The position numbers and the translations under genes are program-made. The notes beneath the pieces are model-generated. The model saw only the letters and a list, made by a program, of their open reading frames with translations. It was not told the DNA's origin and ran no database searches. Source: Actinomycetota bacterium (GTDB lineage Bacteria > Actinomycetota > Actinomycetes > Nanopelagicales > Nanopelagicaceae). Taken from it: a stretch of 64,000 nucleotides of DNA. The stretch is from NCBI GenBank assembly GCA_037140155.1, contig JBAXFA010000001.1, positions 36,724-100,723 of the forward strand, given 5' to 3'. Positions 61,265-64,000 of the stretch are shown here, in pieces (positions within the stretch are counted from its first letter, which is position 1; each line of letters begins with the position of its first letter).

Positions 61265-62571
61265 TAGTTTGGCAATCCCTTCGCTGGCATTGCTGGACGA
61301 ACATAGGTTGATTTCACAACATCGCCTGTACCGGAATCTGTGGTGTAAGGGGTGTATGTGAAGGTGTCGTTAGGGACAAGGTCACCAGTCTTATTAAATG
61401 TACCGAACCAGTAACCGTTGAAGCCGACGTTGCTTGTCTTTGAATAGTTCAGTGGAACTAGCCCCGCGTTAGGGAACTTAGATCCGCTGTTATCAATTGC
61501 GGCAAGTAGCGAAGCGCGAGTTAAGTCTTTACCAGCTGCCTTAAGGGCTTGAACTGCAATAAATGCTGTGTTCATACCGATAAGCGCCCAGCTATTGAAC
61601 TTAGCTCCTGGGTTATAAGTTGTGTTGATCTCTTTGAACTTGGCAACGTATTCATCCTTTGGATCTACAACTGATGGCATAAATGACATCGATGTTGCGC
61701 CAATGATGTAAGGAACTGTTGCTGGATTAATTGATCCGATATCAGCGCCGACTGAGCCGAGTATCCACTTAGGTGCATACTGAGCTTTTGCGGCAGCCAA
61801 GATTGTGTACAAGGTTGCACTTGCAACACCGAATACAACTTGAACTTCACATCCGCCGGTCTTGAACTTAGTGATCCATGAATCTGGAACACCAGCTACG
61901 CCTTGAGATAGCGATGGGTAAGCAATTTTGACTGCGAAGTCCATATTGCCATGTGACTTATCGAAACCGACAAGCGCATCATCACCGAAGTCATCATCCT
62001 GATACAACAAGCAAACCTTCTTGCCTGGGTAAGTTTCCTTTAGGAACTTACTCATCAACTTTGCTTCCATAATGTATGAAGGCAAGATTGTGGAAGATGT
62101 TGGGTATGCCTTGCGATCGTTAAATCCGCTAAAGCCGGTGTTGATGAAGAGGCTTGGGATTCCGCGACGGCCAAGGTTTACCGCAGATGCAACAGCCTTA
62201 TTGTTTGCTGTTCCAAGTGCGCCGATAACTGCAAGGACCTTATCCTTAGCAATTAAATCCTGAGTATTTTGAATAGCCTGCTTTGGAAGATAGCCATCAT
62301 TTTTTACAACGAGGCTGATCTTGCGGCCATTTACACCACCGTTTGCGTTGACATAATCAAAATATGCCTTCATCGCACCTGGTAGTTGGTTGTAGCCGAA
62401 ACTGGCTGAACCTGTCATTGGCAAAGTAATGCCGAGTTTGATTGCGGTTGAAGTTACGCCTACTTCTGAACGCGGCGACAGCGCTTGTGCCGGCATCACA
62501 GAGAGTGAGAGCGCAGTTGCAGCCATCACCGCGGAAGCTACGAGAAACTTCCGACGAGTCGTTCTGATCAT
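61264..62571 (-). CDS. Leu/Ile/Val-binding-protein-family (type I PBP) ABC transporter substrate-binding protein
   Basis: The twin-arginine-like signal TRRKFLVAS, then IKLGITLPMTGSASFGY...NGGVNGRKISLV, typical of the Liv-type SBP family. Confidence 0.82.
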   Translation of the reverse strand: MIRTTRRKFLVASAVMAATALSLSVMPAQALSPRSEVGVTSTAIKLGITLPMTGSASFGYNQLPGAMKAYFDYVNANGGVNGRKISLVVKNDGYLPKQAIQNTQDLIAKDKVLAVIGALGTANNKAVASAVNLGRRGIPSLFINTGFSGFNDRKAYPTSSTILPSYIMEAKLMSKFLKETYPGKKVCLLYQDDDFGDDALVGFDKSHGNMDFAVKIAYPSLSQGVAGVPDSWITKFKTGGCEVQVVFGVASATLYTILAAAKAQYAPKWILGSVGADIGSINPATVPYIIGATSMSFMPSVVDPKDEYVAKFKEINTTYNPGAKFNSWALIGMNTAFIAVQALKAAGKDLTRASLLAAIDNSGSKFPNAGLVPLNYSKTSNVGFNGYWFGTFNKTGDLVPNDTFTYTPYTTDSGTGDVVKSTYVRPAMPAKGLPN

Positions 62572-62656
62572 ATTTTTCCTTCCATCGAGGGATACAGCGG
62601 GTAGATCTAGTTAGTGCGGTATTACTTGTGCAGATATCTTACGAGCAGGTTAACGC

Positions 62657-63646
62657 CTAATGAACGTGACGCGACCGAAGCTTCTCGATCGGACCTTTCG
62701 GGGCTAAAAAGACCGTCAAGATCAAGAGCGCGCTCACAATAAATTCAGGCAATAACGTGGCTAGATTCCCGGACCCGCTCCATCGATCGGAGATCAATGA
62801 GGCGATCTGGGGGATCGCAACCAGCGCTACTGAGCCAATCATGACGCCTCCGAGGGTATTTACGCCAGATAGAACTGCCCCGGTTGCGATAGAGAAGGAG
62901 AGAGCCAGCGGAAATGCGCTCGGGGAGACGTTATTTATGGTCATGGCCAGCAGGGCGCCAGCTAGACCGGCGATACCGGAGCTCACGGTGAAGGCCAAGA
63001 CCTTTGAGCGGCCAATATTAATGCCAGCGATTTCGGCGGCGACTTCATTGGTCTTAACTGCCCGCCAGGTGCGTCCATAGCGTGATCGCAAAATATTTTG
63101 TACCCACCACATCGAAATTAACGCTGCAAGAGATGCGATCCAGAAGAACCATTTGTATTGCGTGAAGTTCTGACCGAACGAAAGTGGCGGCCAACCAGCA
63201 TCAAATGAAATGCCTTGCTCGCCACCAAATATTGAAAATTGATTAGCAATTGAAGGTAGCCCTACCGCAAGTGCCAGAGTTGTTCCTGCTAAATATGGTC
63301 CAGATAATCGCGCCGCAGCTGCGCCAAGGATTGCGCCAAAGAGCGCGGTAATTAAAACTGCAACGACAAAGCAGGCCCAAATTGGAGCATGGAAGTGAAT
63401 TTGAGTAAGCGCTGCCGAATATGCACCGACTGCCAACAGTGCGCCGTGTCCTAGCGAAATTTGTCCTGAGTAACCAGTCAATAAAATAACTGAAGCGATT
63501 GCGACTACATACACGGCGATAGTTGCACCCTGGAACGAGCGCCATTCATCAACGATATTACTAAGGATGTAAACAATTAGGCCAATTAGTACGAAGCCAA
63601 TAAAGCGATGTTTATTGGTGATCTGAAGTTTATGCACGACGACCAC
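62657..63646 (-). CDS. livM: branched-chain amino acid-type ABC transporter permease (LivM-like)
   Basis: 329 aa, polytopic, with the GQISLGHGALLAVGAYSAAL motif. Confidence 0.85.
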   Translation of the reverse strand: MVVVHKLQITNKHRFIGFVLIGLIVYILSNIVDEWRSFQGATIAVYVVAIASVILLTGYSGQISLGHGALLAVGAYSAALTQIHFHAPIWACFVVAVLITALFGAILGAAAARLSGPYLAGTTLALAVGLPSIANQFSIFGGEQGISFDAGWPPLSFGQNFTQYKWFFWIASLAALISMWWVQNILRSRYGRTWRAVKTNEVAAEIAGINIGRSKVLAFTVSSGIAGLAGALLAMTINNVSPSAFPLALSFSIATGAVLSGVNTLGGVMIGSVALVAIPQIASLISDRWSGSGNLATLLPEFIVSALLILTVFLAPKGPIEKLRSRHVH

Positions 63647-64000
63647 CTTTCACGCCAATTATTCCTTGAGGTCTAATTAACAGAACTAGAATCAAAATTA
63701 AGAATGCTGCAAAGAAAACTAGCGATCCCCCGACATACATCAAGATGACCGCCAAGATAATTCCAAGTGTTAAGCCGCCAACAACTGCGCCAATTAAACT
63801 TTCGATTCCACCAATCACGGCAGCCACAAATCCAAAGACTAAGAGCAAACTAAATTCAAATGATTCGGGTGAAATTGATCCAGAACCATTAGTTGTCTGC
63901 AAGATTCCGGCAGTCGCTCCTGCTGCACCTGAAATTGCCCAACCAACTGTGCGAATTAAATCAACGCGAATACCAGCTAGGCGAGAAATTTCTGGGGCAA
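63630..64000 (-). CDS. livH: branched-chain amino acid-type ABC transporter permease (LivH-like); N-terminal part outside the window
   Basis: The frame stays open to the window edge (..PEISRLAGIRVDLIRTVGWAISGAAGATAGILQTTNG..). C-terminal GGIESLIGAVVGG..LLIRPQGIIG is typical of LivH. Confidence 0.82.
   Translation of the reverse strand, partial: APEISRLAGIRVDLIRTVGWAISGAAGATAGILQTTNGSGSISPESFEFSLLLVFGFVAAVIGGIESLIGAVVGGLTLGIILAVILMYVGGSLVFFAAFLILILVLLIRPQGIIGVKGGRRA

Overview
This is a very gene-dense chromosomal segment of about 60 protein genes. Many neighbouring genes overlap by 1 or 4 nt, and I found no rRNA, tRNA, CRISPR or mobile element.

Gene content and order are actinobacterial. Markers include a WhiB3/WhiD-type regulator, DUF3117, DUF3017 and a DUF6350/PerM-like protein. 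Syntenic blocks include birA-accD-accE-maf-accA, purK-purE, cdd-deoA-add, sucCD-(PerM-like)-purN-purH, guaB-guaB3-guaA and whiB3/groEL-groES-tsaD-rimI-tsaB-tsaE. By eye the GC content is far lower than in classical high-GC Actinobacteria. Together with the compaction, this suggests a streamlined planktonic actinobacterium (acI/Nanopelagicales-like); this is inference only.

Most of the window is ordinary housekeeping: purine, nucleoside, TCA, acyl-CoA carboxylase, chaperonins and t6A. The parts worth a second look are:
1. An araA-linked CUT1 sugar ABC operon (29.4-36.7 kb). It ends in an APH-fold kinase translationally coupled to a divergent enolase paralogue with altered catalytic residues. 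No araB/araD is present. This is my best candidate for an undescribed catabolic module.
2. A secreted alpha/beta-hydrolase translationally coupled to a Liv-type ABC transporter, inserted next to the tsaE operon.
3. A naturally CBS-less IMP dehydrogenase.
4. A truncated, catalytically incomplete ALDH coupled to a full ALDH downstream of deoC.
5. A MerR regulator with a B12-binding-like domain, divergent from whiB3 across a perfect 19-bp tandem direct repeat.
6. A recurring architecture of extremely short divergent intergenic regions with back-to-back TANNNT hexamers 6-8 nt from the start codons, implying leaderless mRNAs.

All functional calls rest on my reading of the translated ORFs and motifs recalled from memory. 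No database search was run.
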